From Candidatus Poribacteria bacterium (GTDB taxonomy: Bacteria; Poribacteria; WGA-4E; PCPOR2b), in assembly GCA_965208325.1 (NCBI GenBank), contig OZ242326.1:2496001-2560000 (forward strand): 64,000 bases of DNA, in the 5' to 3' direction. The notes beneath the pieces are model-generated. The model was not told the DNA's origin. It worked only from the letters and a program-made list of their open reading frames with translations, and did no database searches. Of the stretch, positions 29,177 to 38,383 are shown piece by piece. Position 1 is the first letter of the stretch; each line of letters starts with the position of its first letter. The translations under genes and the position numbers were made by a program.

Positions 29177-29273
29177 CGTGAATGGGCTGAAAACGCCATT
29201 CCGATTCCACTCGGCATCGGTTAAATAACGAAAGTAAGAACTTGGGCAACCGACTCCGTTAGAATGTTAAACT

Positions 29274-30329
29274 TTAACTTATCGAAAAAACGCTCACCCG
29301 ACCCGACTCGTCACCAACGGCAATAAACTGGTCATTCGGTGACCATACAAGGCTTGTGATTCCCGCTGTCAGCGCCGCTTCGTGAACCGGCCGAGAACGG
29401 AGTCTGCCTCGCAATTGCCAGACGAAGACCCGACCGTCGGCGCCGCCCGAAGCCAACAGTTTTCCGTGATGTTGAAAACGCACAACGTTGAGAAAATCCT
29501 GGTGCCCGGAGAGCGTAATGGGTTTGGTACCGGCGGGCCCGCGGCCGGAACAATCCCACACCGAAATCTCCTCACCGCCTCCCGTCGCCAAGTATCGACT
29601 CGCGGCATCCCACGAGAGTTCTCGCACTTTTGTCGGATAGCCAGACATTTGCAGGTCGCCACCGGTAGACACGATCCAGAAATGTACGGTCGAATCTTGA
29701 TCTCCGGTTGCGATGTATTTGCCGTCGGGGCTCCACGCAATCACCAGTGATGAGCCTATCCATTCCAATCGGCGGACGGCGTCCGGCTGTTGCGGGTCCC
29801 ACAGCGTGACGCCGCCGTAGGCTATCGAGGCGAGTTGCTTGACATGCGGTTTCCACTGGAGTCCAGAAATTGTGCTGTGACCGTCGCGGTATTCGCGAAC
29901 AAGATCGCCGGCAGCGTTCCAGAGTTTCAGCTTACGGCCGGCGGCAGAGGCGAGCATCGGTTTTTTGCCGCCACTCCAAGCCAGGTGCTCGACCCATGCT
30001 GCGCCCCCGTCAAGCGAATGGACGGCTTCGCCAGTTGTCATATCCCACAACCGAATTTTCCCATCTTGTCCCGCGCTTGCAAGCACCTTGCTGTCCGGAC
30101 GCCACGCGATTGACATTGTGCCGAATTCATGCCCTTTGAAAGCATGGATAACGGCTCGACGACGACCTTCAAAAATTGTCACCGGACCGAGAACCGACGC
30201 GGCAGCGATGTATCTCCCATCCGGTGACCACGCCAGGTCAATGACATGGTCGCTGATGGTTGCGGTCCAATTTTCGCGCAGTTGAAGCGGCTGGACAAAG
30301 CGGTTACTTAGGCTGTTCAAGCGAGACAT
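29274..30329 (-). CDS. WD40-repeat protein
   Basis: Repeated GH...WSPDG...LASAGQDG.IRLWD units; overlaps the upstream COG0523 stop. Confidence 0.93.
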   Translation of the reverse strand: MSRLNSLSNRFVQPLQLRENWTATISDHVIDLAWSPDGRYIAAASVLGPVTIFEGRRRAVIHAFKGHEFGTMSIAWRPDSKVLASAGQDGKIRLWDMTTGEAVHSLDGGAAWVEHLAWSGGKKPMLASAAGRKLKLWNAAGDLVREYRDGHSTISGLQWKPHVKQLASIAYGGVTLWDPQQPDAVRRLEWIGSSLVIAWSPDGKYIATGDQDSTVHFWIVSTGGDLQMSGYPTKVRELSWDAASRYLATGGGEEISVWDCSGRGPAGTKPITLSGHQDFLNVVRFQHHGKLLASGGADGRVFVWQLRGRLRSRPVHEAALTAGITSLVWSPNDQFIAVGDESGRVSVFSIS

Positions 30330-31657
30330 GCTTCAAACCCTTCAGTCAATTCTGCCCGGTCGAGGTTGCGCCCGATGAAGATGAGGCTATTGTTGCGCGG
30401 TTCACTGCCCCACGGGCGGTCCGGGCGGCCGTCGAAGAGCATATGAACGCCTTGGAAGACGAATCGGTTTGGCTGACCCTTTATGCTCAGAATACCTTTC
30501 ATGCGGAAGATGTCGAGGCCTTTAGTCTGAAGCAGATCGCCAATCCAACCGTTCAGCCGGTCGGAGTCGAGGTCGCCGGGGATTGTTATGCCGACCGATG
30601 TGACTTCGTCATCATGTTCGTGATCCGGCTTAAATTCGCGTTCAACAACCGGCTTGACATGGTCTCCGCCGCCAAAGAGTTGCGCTTGAAATTCGTCGGG
30701 GTGATGCTCGGTAAACAGCGCGTAAGCGCCGGGGCGGTCGACCTGCACGTCAAAGCGTAATTCGTCCGCCGTGAGATTCAACGCAATGAGCCGTCCACTC
30801 GGTTGAAGGGCGCTACCCGCCCAAAGTTCACGCTCATCGTCGGAGAAAACCATAACGACTGGCTCAACCGCGCCCTCCAAAGCTGCATCGGTTGACTCAC
30901 TTACGGGAATCAATGCGACTTTCATCGTCGGGTCAGGGCCTTCTTGGAGAACCAGTTCATACGTACCAGCCGAAAGGTAATAGACCCCAGCCCATTCGAA
31001 GGGATACTCCGGTTCCATAAACTGTGGGTCCACCTCCATCGCCCGGTCGAGATCGAATCCGCCGACATTGAGAATCTTGTCCATCTCAACCACGGCATTT
31101 TTCGTTCGATAAATCTTCGCCGCAGCGTTCATGCTGCGAATTCTGGCTTCCAGTTGCTCTAACTCCCCCGCGGTCACAAGGTCAATCTTGTTCAACAAAA
31201 TAACATCGGCAAAGGCAATCTGTTCACGCGCTTCGCCGCTGTCATCAATGTGCTGCCAGATGTGCTTGGCATCAACCACCGTCGTGACGGAATCCAGTTG
31301 CAGTTTGTCCTGCATTTCGGCATCCATGAAAAACGTTTGAGCAACTGGCCCGGGATCCGCTAGCCCTGTGGTTTCGACCATGATGTAGTCAAACTTATCG
31401 CGGCGCTTCATCAGATTCCCCAAAATACGGATGAGATCGCCGCGCACCGTGCAGCAGATGCAGCCATTGTTCATCTCGAAAATCTCTTCTTCGGCGCCGA
31501 TGACCAAATCATTATCGACGCCGACCTCGCCAAACTCGTTTTCGATGACGGCGATACGTTTGCCATGGTTTTCGGTGAGAATTCGGTTGAGAAGCGTGGT
31601 TTTACCAGACCCCAAAAAGCCCGTTAACACGGTGACAGGGACTTGATTGTTTAGCAT
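30317..31657 (-). CDS. COG0523/CobW-family G3E GTPase metallochaperone with central insertion
   Basis: GFLGSGKTT, ENEFGE, GCICC, ETTGLADP, NKID, HEHDD, CobW_C (FRMKG...FVFQGVH...IFIGR). Confidence 0.95.
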   Translation of the reverse strand: MLNNQVPVTVLTGFLGSGKTTLLNRILTENHGKRIAVIENEFGEVGVDNDLVIGAEEEIFEMNNGCICCTVRGDLIRILGNLMKRRDKFDYIMVETTGLADPGPVAQTFFMDAEMQDKLQLDSVTTVVDAKHIWQHIDDSGEAREQIAFADVILLNKIDLVTAGELEQLEARIRSMNAAAKIYRTKNAVVEMDKILNVGGFDLDRAMEVDPQFMEPEYPFEWAGVYYLSAGTYELVLQEGPDPTMKVALIPVSESTDAALEGAVEPVVMVFSDDERELWAGSALQPSGRLIALNLTADELRFDVQVDRPGAYALFTEHHPDEFQAQLFGGGDHVKPVVEREFKPDHEHDDEVTSVGITIPGDLDSDRLNGWIGDLLQTKGLDIFRMKGILSIKGQPNRFVFQGVHMLFDGRPDRPWGSEPRNNSLIFIGRNLDRAELTEGFEACLA

Positions 31658-31688
31658 GGCTGAGTTTACCTTTCTCTCCTTGTTGAGT

Positions 31689-31949
31689 TTAGCCGGCGGT
31701 TAAGCTAACGATGTCCGTCTGCTTCACCTCCGCCAGCGGTTTGTGAATCTTGTATTGCCGGGGCTTACCGGGCGTCTCCATGATTGCAATGACCGTTTCA
31801 ATAGGCGGGCAGCCTTCCTCGGTGCATTGCAACTGAGTAACCATCACGGAGACGTCTTCCGATAGGTCAAAGGCTTGGGAGATCCAAGATTTGACTTGGA
31901 CGAATTGCCGCGGGTCACTCTCTTTTTGCGTATTGAAAAAATTCTGCAC
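31689..31949 (-). CDS. Conserved small protein with CxxxGCPPxET motif
   Basis: LQCTEEGCPPIETVIAI...KIHKPL; AGGAGG RBS; GTG start. Confidence 0.75.
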   Translation of the reverse strand: MQNFFNTQKESDPRQFVQVKSWISQAFDLSEDVSVMVTQLQCTEEGCPPIETVIAIMETPGKPRQYKIHKPLAEVKQTDIVSLTAG

Positions 31950-32011
31950 GGTTGTATTGCCTCCTTTCCAAGCATATGATGCTGTTTTAATACCTGAAAT
32001 TTCGCCACGAG

Positions 32012-32062
32012 TCGGTCATCGCACACGGTTCTGACCGAAATTTTCTCAAGACCGTGGTCTCT
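32012..32062. repeat. ~50-bp direct repeat (second copy 32398-32448) with CGGTCA...TGACCG stem
   Basis: TCGGTCATCGCACACGGTTCTGACCGAAATTTTCTCAAGACCGTGGTCTCT versus TCGGTCATCGCACACGATTCTGACCGGATTTTTCTCAAGTCTGCGGTCTCT. Confidence 0.85.
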
Positions 32063-32093
32063 GTTCTGCGGAGGTTGCGTACCCGGCCCGGGA

Positions 32094-32330
32094 TTAACCC
32101 TGATCCGAGTTATTGATGCCGCACGGGCAGATAGTGTTGCCGGGCGCGACATATGATGCCGGCATTTTTCCGCTAGCCGCGGGCTGTATTGGATTCTCAT
32201 AGAATGCGTTCTCGACAACGCAGCGACAATGCGGGTTGGCCGGCTTGGCTGCGGCTATCTCCTTATGACTGGAACACGATGTACACATCAGAACTGCCGT
32301 TATCACGAGGGTGATGCTTAATGTCTTCAT
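32094..32330 (-). CDS. Small Cys-rich putative lipoprotein (78 aa)
   Basis: AAGGAG RBS; MKTLSITLVITAVLMCTSC signal/lipobox-like; HCRC and CPC motifs. Confidence 0.65.
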   Translation of the reverse strand: MKTLSITLVITAVLMCTSCSSHKEIAAAKPANPHCRCVVENAFYENPIQPAASGKMPASYVAPGNTICPCGINNSDQG

Positions 32331-32350
32331 GGAATGCTCCTTTGAAATAG

Positions 32351-32376
32351 GCCGCAAACTAACAGTTTGCGGTACA
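32351..32376 (-). repeat. REP-like palindrome CCGCAAACT-AAC-AGTTTGCGG
   Basis: Perfect 9-bp stem with a GTAC head on the minus strand. Confidence 0.7.
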
Positions 32377-32523
32377 GTCCCTAGAGTTGGCGCCGAATCG
32401 GTCATCGCACACGATTCTGACCGGATTTTTCTCAAGTCTGCGGTCTCTAGGCTGCGGGACGCACGTACGGAACTGCGCCAACGAGTTGCAGAGTCCTCTA
32501 CACCGTCCGTAGCCTAGCTCGTA

Positions 32524-33015
32524 TCAATTCAGTATATCCGTACGAGGGGAACCTGCCCGGCGAACGCTTGGCACGTTGAAGCTTTGCAAATCACGGGCCG
32601 CTTGTTTTTTCTGAAATCGGAACGAGGGAGATCGAAAACGATCAAAACGGTGACTATCAAAGGCTGACGGCAACGGAAGCAGCGCATCTGTTCTTGCCAC
32701 GGCGTCCGCCCAATCAACAAGCCGCGTATAGTGCAGATGGCGTTCTATCTGTCCTAACCACACGACGCCGTGCAGTGATGTGATACAGACGACATTTGCG
32801 ACATCGCACGGTCCAAGGCAGCCTTCGTTGATTGTCAATGTTATTGAAGGGGACAGCCGCCTGTTCCGCCACTCCTGTTTGATCCATTCGACCGGTACCG
32901 GCGGATTTCGTTTCTCTGTCACGCCGCAACAACAACCCTTACAGACCAGTATATGCGCTAAGACACGCCGCCTTGACGCCAGTTTGGGCGGCGATTTGAT
33001 TCCATCTGCTCCCAT
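32524..33015 (-). CDS. Thioredoxin-like (2Fe-2S) ferredoxin-domain protein
   Basis: VCKGCCCG...EGCLGPCDVANV cysteine pattern. Confidence 0.75.
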   Translation of the reverse strand: MGADGIKSPPKLASRRRVLAHILVCKGCCCGVTEKRNPPVPVEWIKQEWRNRRLSPSITLTINEGCLGPCDVANVVCITSLHGVVWLGQIERHLHYTRLVDWADAVARTDALLPLPSAFDSHRFDRFRSPSFRFQKKQAARDLQSFNVPSVRRAGSPRTDILN

Positions 33016-33098
33016 ACCTTGCTCCCGAATGTTACATCAGTGCGAATATACCGATTCATCACTACCCAATCAAGGGTAGTGATGAATTTTCTCGGCGC

Positions 33099-35027
33099 TC
33101 ATTTCAAAATAACCATCCGCTTCGTCTGATGGAAAGATGGCGTGGACAATCGGTAGAAATAGACACCACTTGAAACCGTCTCACCCGCATCATTTCGACC
33201 ATCCCAATAGGCGGCGCGCGCCCGGCCCTGATAGAAACCCGCTGGCTGGATGCCAATCGAAAGCGTTCGCACCGGTCGCCCGTTCGTATCGTAAATTGAT
33301 AGCGTCACAGGGGCTGACTCCGAAAGGCGATACGGAATCCATGTTTCGGGATTGAACGGGTTGGGATAGTTCTGCAAAAGTAGGCTCTGCTTCGGTATGC
33401 CAACCTCCTTAAGCGTAATCGGGAGAACTGCGTTTGCAAGCGTGTCTGGGGTCACAACGAACCTCAAACTCTCCGAAGCAATCTCTCCGGTTGCATCCGC
33501 AACGGTGACTTCCAGCGTGTCGCCAACGCGGACGACGCTCTGGCGTGAGAGATCGGCGGTCACTGCGGCAAAGTAGCCGCCTCGCACACGATTCGTCATA
33601 TTAGCGTTCGTCCGCAGGTTTCGTACAGTGACCAGATAACCTTCAAGGTTCTGCACGCCTTCTAATTGCCCGCTGACAACGAACGCCCAAGTGTTATCTG
33701 GCGAATCAATTGATCTTGCGACCGGTGCGGCAGAAACTTGCGGTTGATTGGTCCAAGGTGCCCCGACAAAGGCAACCTGTCGGGCGTGCGGCACGTTGAC
33801 GATGTATCCCTTTGCTCCTTCGATCGAAAACCCGTTGTCCGGTGCATCAGGCGTCCAGCCAACGAACTCTTGGTTGACATCATCTAGCCCAATTACTGTC
33901 GTGGCGCCAACCATCTCCCCCAACGACCGAGCGTTCACCTGCTGGCGCGGCTTCAGTGGTAAGGAGATCATGTTCAAGCCTTTGGAGAGAGATGCGAAGT
34001 AGACGTGACTGAAGTCATCCTCGTCTATAGGCATTGGCGTGGCAATGAAGCCGTGAATCTGATGTTCGCCGTCTTCCTCGTGAATTTCAAACCAGCCGAC
34101 AATGACGCCTTCATCGTTAATGGATTGTGCTATCGTGGCTTCTGCGCCGGGAATCCCGAACCGGTAGAACTCGCCCTCCGGAGTGCGTAGAAATCCGTGT
34201 ATTTCGGAGAAATCAAGCGGCGCGGTATGACCGACAATCCTCCCATGATTGTCTATGTCATCGGGGAGCGTATGCCGATCTGCGTCAATGGACAGAGTTG
34301 TGAACGCGCCATCCTCGTAAATCAGCCCATCAATTATCTGTGTTGGTGTAAATCCTGATTCAGGCAGATTCCAACCCGCCATCACACCGGCGTTATTGAT
34401 ACCACGAAAAACATTGCCGCCAACACCGCCCGAAGAGGGAACTTGCGCGAAAGTCCCGTCCGGTTCGCGAAGAAAACTGGTGATGACGATGTCGTTTTCT
34501 GTAGGAAAATCGAAATTATACGAAGTGAGTTGACCTGCGTCGTTGATACCCCATGCGTAGTTAAAGGCTGCACCCGGATTGACTGTGATAAACTCGCCGT
34601 CCGGTTCTCTCAGGAATCCGTGCTGCACGCCATCCGCATCTTTATACCGACCCGTGATTTGACCGGATGCATTGATTCCGAATGCGCGTGTGTCTGTTGC
34701 ACCTTCTGGGGCAATCGTCTCGAAGACACCGTTTCTCAGCCAGAATCCTTTCCGAACAGCGTTTGCACCTTCATAGCTCCCGACGATGTCTCCAGCGTTG
34801 TTGATACCGAAGAGTTCGGTCTCTGACGCGCCTGCGAACGGTACATCGACGACCGCAATATGATACGGAATACCGATTGTCAGGTGAATATCACCTGCCG
34901 GGAGGTCGGCGACATGTTCATGGTCGTGGTCATGGTCACCCTGTTGCGCGACGGCTTGCCATGAGATAGCCAAACAAAAAATCGAAACCGTAAGCAGAGC
35001 CAGTGCGGCTCTATTGTAAATACGCAT
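33099..35027 (-). CDS. Secreted protein: His-rich N-terminus, HAF-like extracellular repeats, C-terminal FlgD-Ig/T9SS-like sorting domain
   Basis: Signal peptide ending AVA; DHDHDHEH; repeats GINNAGDIVGSY, GINASGQITGRY, GINDAGQL, SINDEGVIVGWF...HGF; LLQNYPNPFNPETWIPY...YWDGRNDAGETVSSGVYFY. Confidence 0.82.
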   Translation of the reverse strand: MRIYNRAALALLTVSIFCLAISWQAVAQQGDHDHDHEHVADLPAGDIHLTIGIPYHIAVVDVPFAGASETELFGINNAGDIVGSYEGANAVRKGFWLRNGVFETIAPEGATDTRAFGINASGQITGRYKDADGVQHGFLREPDGEFITVNPGAAFNYAWGINDAGQLTSYNFDFPTENDIVITSFLREPDGTFAQVPSSGGVGGNVFRGINNAGVMAGWNLPESGFTPTQIIDGLIYEDGAFTTLSIDADRHTLPDDIDNHGRIVGHTAPLDFSEIHGFLRTPEGEFYRFGIPGAEATIAQSINDEGVIVGWFEIHEEDGEHQIHGFIATPMPIDEDDFSHVYFASLSKGLNMISLPLKPRQQVNARSLGEMVGATTVIGLDDVNQEFVGWTPDAPDNGFSIEGAKGYIVNVPHARQVAFVGAPWTNQPQVSAAPVARSIDSPDNTWAFVVSGQLEGVQNLEGYLVTVRNLRTNANMTNRVRGGYFAAVTADLSRQSVVRVGDTLEVTVADATGEIASESLRFVVTPDTLANAVLPITLKEVGIPKQSLLLQNYPNPFNPETWIPYRLSESAPVTLSIYDTNGRPVRTLSIGIQPAGFYQGRARAAYWDGRNDAGETVSSGVYFYRLSTPSFHQTKRMVILK

Positions 35028-35065
35028 AGATGTAAGCTCCCATTCAATTGAAATTGTTAGTAAAG

Positions 35066-36193
35066 TTAAGAATCAGTTGGATCGTGTGAATTCGTTGGCG
35101 GTTCTTCCAGAAAAAGTTCCCGAAGTAATTCAAAATCGGCGGCGGCATCATGCGCGATAACCTGGTGCGTGTCATTTTCCGTTTCGCACGCATCAAATCG
35201 AGACTGCAACTCGCCATGGTCAATTCCACCAGGCTCACCGATAAAGACTAACTGCGTGCCCGGTTTCTCATCATCCCATGGCGCACCAATGATGACACGC
35301 GCCCGTTGGCCGACAACTTGGACGATTCCCTTTCGATCCGGAGTCTCTTTGAGATAGACAACCCCTTTGGCGCGGTAGATCGCCGGCGGCAAAGTTTTCA
35401 CCGCATGACGCACTGCCCGATGTGACAGCGGTTTCTCGGTCGTATAACTACACGTATTAAAGACCAATGTATGGTCGTGTTCGTGATGGTGTTCATCCTC
35501 GACGCCGTGCGCTTCCCCGTCGGGGTGGACGTGAACATCCAAGCCCGATTTCCCCGAAAAGCGGTGGAGGTCGTATTTCCCTACGCCGAGCACCAAATCG
35601 AGCGGAACCTTGCCGTGCGCGGCTTCCAAGATTCGCGCTCTCGGAACAAGGTTTTTGACGAAGTCTGCCAATTCCGCCCGTTTTTCATCATTGACCAAGT
35701 CAACCTTGTTCAGCACCACAATATCTGCCACAGCGATTTGATCTAACACGAGTTCCCGATGCTTTCTGTCTACATGATAGATTTGCTCGGAATCAACCAC
35801 TGTTAGCATACTGTCCACTCGCACGCTCAACCGCAATTCGCGCGCCAGGAAGGTCAATGAAACCGCCAAAGGGTCGGAAACGCCGCTGGTCTCAAGGACG
35901 ATATACTCCGGCGAATCTGGACTTTGAATCAATTCTACCACGGCCTCAAGCAGGTCGCCGCGAATTGAGCAGCAGATACACCCGTTGGAAAGGTTTATGG
36001 TAGATTCCCCAGAGACACCAGAGATTAATCCGGCGTCAATGTTAACCTCTCCAAAATCGTTGACCAATACCGCCACGCGCAATCCGTGGTCGGCATTCAG
36101 AATGTGGTTGAGCAGGGAGGTTTTGCCCGCGCCTAAAAAGCCGCTGATGATGGTCACCGGAATCGGTTCTTTGAAGTCTTGGATTTCAGCCAT
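35066..36193 (-). CDS. COG0523/CobW-family GTPase metallochaperone (second paralog)
   Basis: GFLGAGKT, VNDFGE, GCICC, ETSGVSDP, NKVD, His-rich HHHEHDH, YRAKG. Confidence 0.95.
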   Translation of the reverse strand: MAEIQDFKEPIPVTIISGFLGAGKTSLLNHILNADHGLRVAVLVNDFGEVNIDAGLISGVSGESTINLSNGCICCSIRGDLLEAVVELIQSPDSPEYIVLETSGVSDPLAVSLTFLARELRLSVRVDSMLTVVDSEQIYHVDRKHRELVLDQIAVADIVVLNKVDLVNDEKRAELADFVKNLVPRARILEAAHGKVPLDLVLGVGKYDLHRFSGKSGLDVHVHPDGEAHGVEDEHHHEHDHTLVFNTCSYTTEKPLSHRAVRHAVKTLPPAIYRAKGVVYLKETPDRKGIVQVVGQRARVIIGAPWDDEKPGTQLVFIGEPGGIDHGELQSRFDACETENDTHQVIAHDAAADFELLRELFLEEPPTNSHDPTDS

Positions 36194-36205
36194 CTTCTTA
36201 TGTCT

Positions 36206-37186
36206 TCATTGTCTCCGATAAGCTAACTCAACTCTTAAGGCGTCCACGATGGTATCTATGTTGTGGCGTGTCATCCCGATATACGTCCCTTGAGGAGTTC
36301 CGGGCGTTCCCATCGCATCGGCGAAAAGCCTGCCGCCGATTTGGACCTCGAACCCTTTTGCGCGAACAGCGGCTTGAACAGCCTCTATGCCCTGAGACGG
36401 GGTTGAAGTTTCGACGAACATCGCGGGGATTCGATGTTCAATAATATACGCCGCTAGATCTCTGACATCGGCGACGCCCGCTTCCGTTTCTGTGTTCAAC
36501 CCTTGAAGCCCGCGCACCTCGAAACCGTAAGCGCGTCCGAAGTAACCGAACGCATCGTGGGTCGTGACGAGAACGCGGCGCTGGGCGGGAATCTGTGCCG
36601 CGAGGTATTGTAGGTCGTCATGCAATGTTTTCAACGCTGCCAAGTATCTCTTCGCGTTAGAAAGATAATATTCGGCATTATCCGGGTCGGCTTGAGCCAA
36701 CGTGTCTCGAACCTTTTCAGCTGCTTTCATCCAGAGCGACACATCGTGCCAGACATGCGGGTCGTAACCGCCCTGAAATTCAGATGTTGTGCGAAGTTGT
36801 GAGCGTAGAGTCCCAGCCGTGACGGCGACTGCCTTCGTTTTATACGTCATCTTATCGAGGACAGCGCCTATGATTTTCGATTCAAGATACAAACCGTTGT
36901 AGAAGATAATCTCAGCGTCCTTCAGCCGTTCGACATCTCCCGCTGTCGGTTTATAGAGATGCGGGTCAACGCCTTCACCGACAATCCCGGTGACGTCAAT
37001 CCTATCTCGGCCAATGTTTTCCACAATGTCCGTAATCATGCTGATTGTTGCGGCGACGCGAAGTTTTTTCTCTGCCGTAGGGTTTGCATTTGCGGGGTCT
37101 TCCGATTTATCCTTTTGACATCCACCGGCAACCACCAGCAGTAACACCAACAAACATAAACTCGTCTTGAGAATTTGCCGATCCAT
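36206..37186 (-). CDS. Zn/Mn ABC transporter substrate-binding lipoprotein (cluster A-I, TroA-like)
   Basis: Lipobox AGGC; metal ligands DPHLY, DPHVW, HDAFGYF, LFADAMG. ATG at 37186 after AGGAG. Confidence 0.93.
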   Translation of the reverse strand: MDRQILKTSLCLLVLLLVVAGGCQKDKSEDPANANPTAEKKLRVAATISMITDIVENIGRDRIDVTGIVGEGVDPHLYKPTAGDVERLKDAEIIFYNGLYLESKIIGAVLDKMTYKTKAVAVTAGTLRSQLRTTSEFQGGYDPHVWHDVSLWMKAAEKVRDTLAQADPDNAEYYLSNAKRYLAALKTLHDDLQYLAAQIPAQRRVLVTTHDAFGYFGRAYGFEVRGLQGLNTETEAGVADVRDLAAYIIEHRIPAMFVETSTPSQGIEAVQAAVRAKGFEVQIGGRLFADAMGTPGTPQGTYIGMTRHNIDTIVDALRVELAYRRQ

Positions 37187-37248
37187 GCTGTCAACTCCTT
37201 GTGAATTTGTTATAAAACCCAAGTTGCCGCCATTTTCAACAGGAGCAC

Positions 37249-37346
37249 AGAAACCGAGTTTTTTCCGATATCGAATCACGATATTGGCGCAAATCAGACC
37301 AAGGTACTTATAATAGGGCGAACCTGAACCAAAAACTCGGTTTCTC
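37249..37346. repeat. MITE/REP-like element with AAACCGAGTTTTT...AAAAACTCGGTTT inverted arms (other copies ~37445-37499, ~46534-46591)
   Basis: Three intergenic copies share the inverted arms but have different interiors. Confidence 0.75.
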
Positions 37347-37561
37347 CGTAATAGGTAGCAACTTGCGTTATTTAGGACTTACGTAACGCGTTCATAAGTC
37401 CCCTTGATGAGGGATTTAGGGGGTTAAAAGTCAAATATGATAGAAAAACCGAGTTTTTGGTTCGCGTCTGCGAAATTTCGTTGTAATAAACTCGGTTTCT
37501 ATACCTCGTCGGACAAAGGTAGTAACTTGGGTTATGCAATAGTATCACACTTGCTTTCAAA

Positions 37562-37580
37562 TATGTTATATTATAACATA
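37562..37580. promoter_or_regulatory. Zur box (perfect 9-1-9 palindrome)
   Basis: TATGTTATA-T-TATAACATA matches the proteobacterial Zur consensus core ATGTTATAnTATAACAT; weaker site TGCAATAGTATCACA at 37535-37549. Confidence 0.9.
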
Positions 37581-37597
37581 CCATTTTCAAGAGTCAA
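37570..37597 (-). promoter_or_regulatory. sigma70 promoter of the zinc-starvation operon
   Basis: TTGACT, 16 nt, TATAAT with extended TG; the -10 lies inside the Zur box. Confidence 0.8.
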
Positions 37598-37699
37598 GTC
37601 AAAAATGGTATCTTCTAGGTTAGAGGCGTTGACTCAACCTTTAACCGAGAAAACAAGACTCGTTCTTATTCCACTAAAAGGCAAGACGATTTGATTTCA

Positions 37700-37728
37700 T
37701 TGACAATCAAGGCGTTACGTCATAACAT
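37700..37728 (+). promoter_or_regulatory. zur promoter overlapped by a Zur-box-like site
   Basis: TTGACA, 17 nt, TAACAT; CGTTACGTCATAACA (37713-37727) overlaps the -10. Confidence 0.65.
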
Positions 37729-37761
37729 AACGTACACCTTCAGTTACAAGGAGCTAGGGTT

Positions 37762-38259
37762 ATGTCTTCTACGGATTCGGAAAACACAACGTTTGAAACC
37801 TTTCCCAAGCCAACCCATGACCATTCTCGGTGCGTCCGAGACGCATTGGCAAACGGTTTGGCAATCTGTAAGGCGCGCGGCGTGCGATTTACCGAGCTGC
37901 GGAAACAGGTTTTTGAACTCGTGTGCGCCAGCCACAAACCCATCGGCGCGTACGATATTCTTGACACCTTTCAAAAACGCGGCCGCAAAACCGCACCGCC
38001 AACCGTCTACCGCGCCCTCGAATTTCTGCTTGAGCAAGGTCTGATTCACAGGATTGCCTCGTTAAACGCCTATATCGGGTGTGACTTCCCACAGGAACCC
38101 CATCGCGGACAGTTTGTCGTCTGCAAATTGTGCGGCGAGGCAACTGAGCTTGTCAGTCACACGATTGAGAAGTGTATCACTGCCGCCGCCGAGAAACTTG
38201 ACTTTCAGGTTCAATCCAGAGTAATCGAGATTCTCGGCATCTGCTCGGTCTGCCGATGA
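37762..38259 (+). CDS. zur: Fur-family regulator, Zur subgroup
   Basis: HDH..C, RFTELRKQV, GAYDIL, APPTVYRALEFL..GLIHRIASLNAY, CKLC and CSVC zinc sites; divergent from zinc-uptake genes. Confidence 0.88.
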   Translation: MSSTDSENTTFETFPKPTHDHSRCVRDALANGLAICKARGVRFTELRKQVFELVCASHKPIGAYDILDTFQKRGRKTAPPTVYRALEFLLEQGLIHRIASLNAYIGCDFPQEPHRGQFVVCKLCGEATELVSHTIEKCITAAAEKLDFQVQSRVIEILGICSVCR

Positions 38260-38383
38260 GTATTTCGCGAGCACAACGCGTGGTAGGCGCGTCTCTCGTA
38301 GCGTACATTTCCGCGCATTGGTGGTTCGTTCAGGTTGCAGATAAGATGTATCTATTTCTCTCGAAATGCGTTTATTTGAAGCA

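Noticed and set aside
29274..37186. Cobalamin biosynthesis operon (cobW) or B12 riboswitch
   Set aside because: No cob/cbi enzymes or riboswitch core seen; the Zur box, zur and the metal SBP indicate zinc homeostasis.
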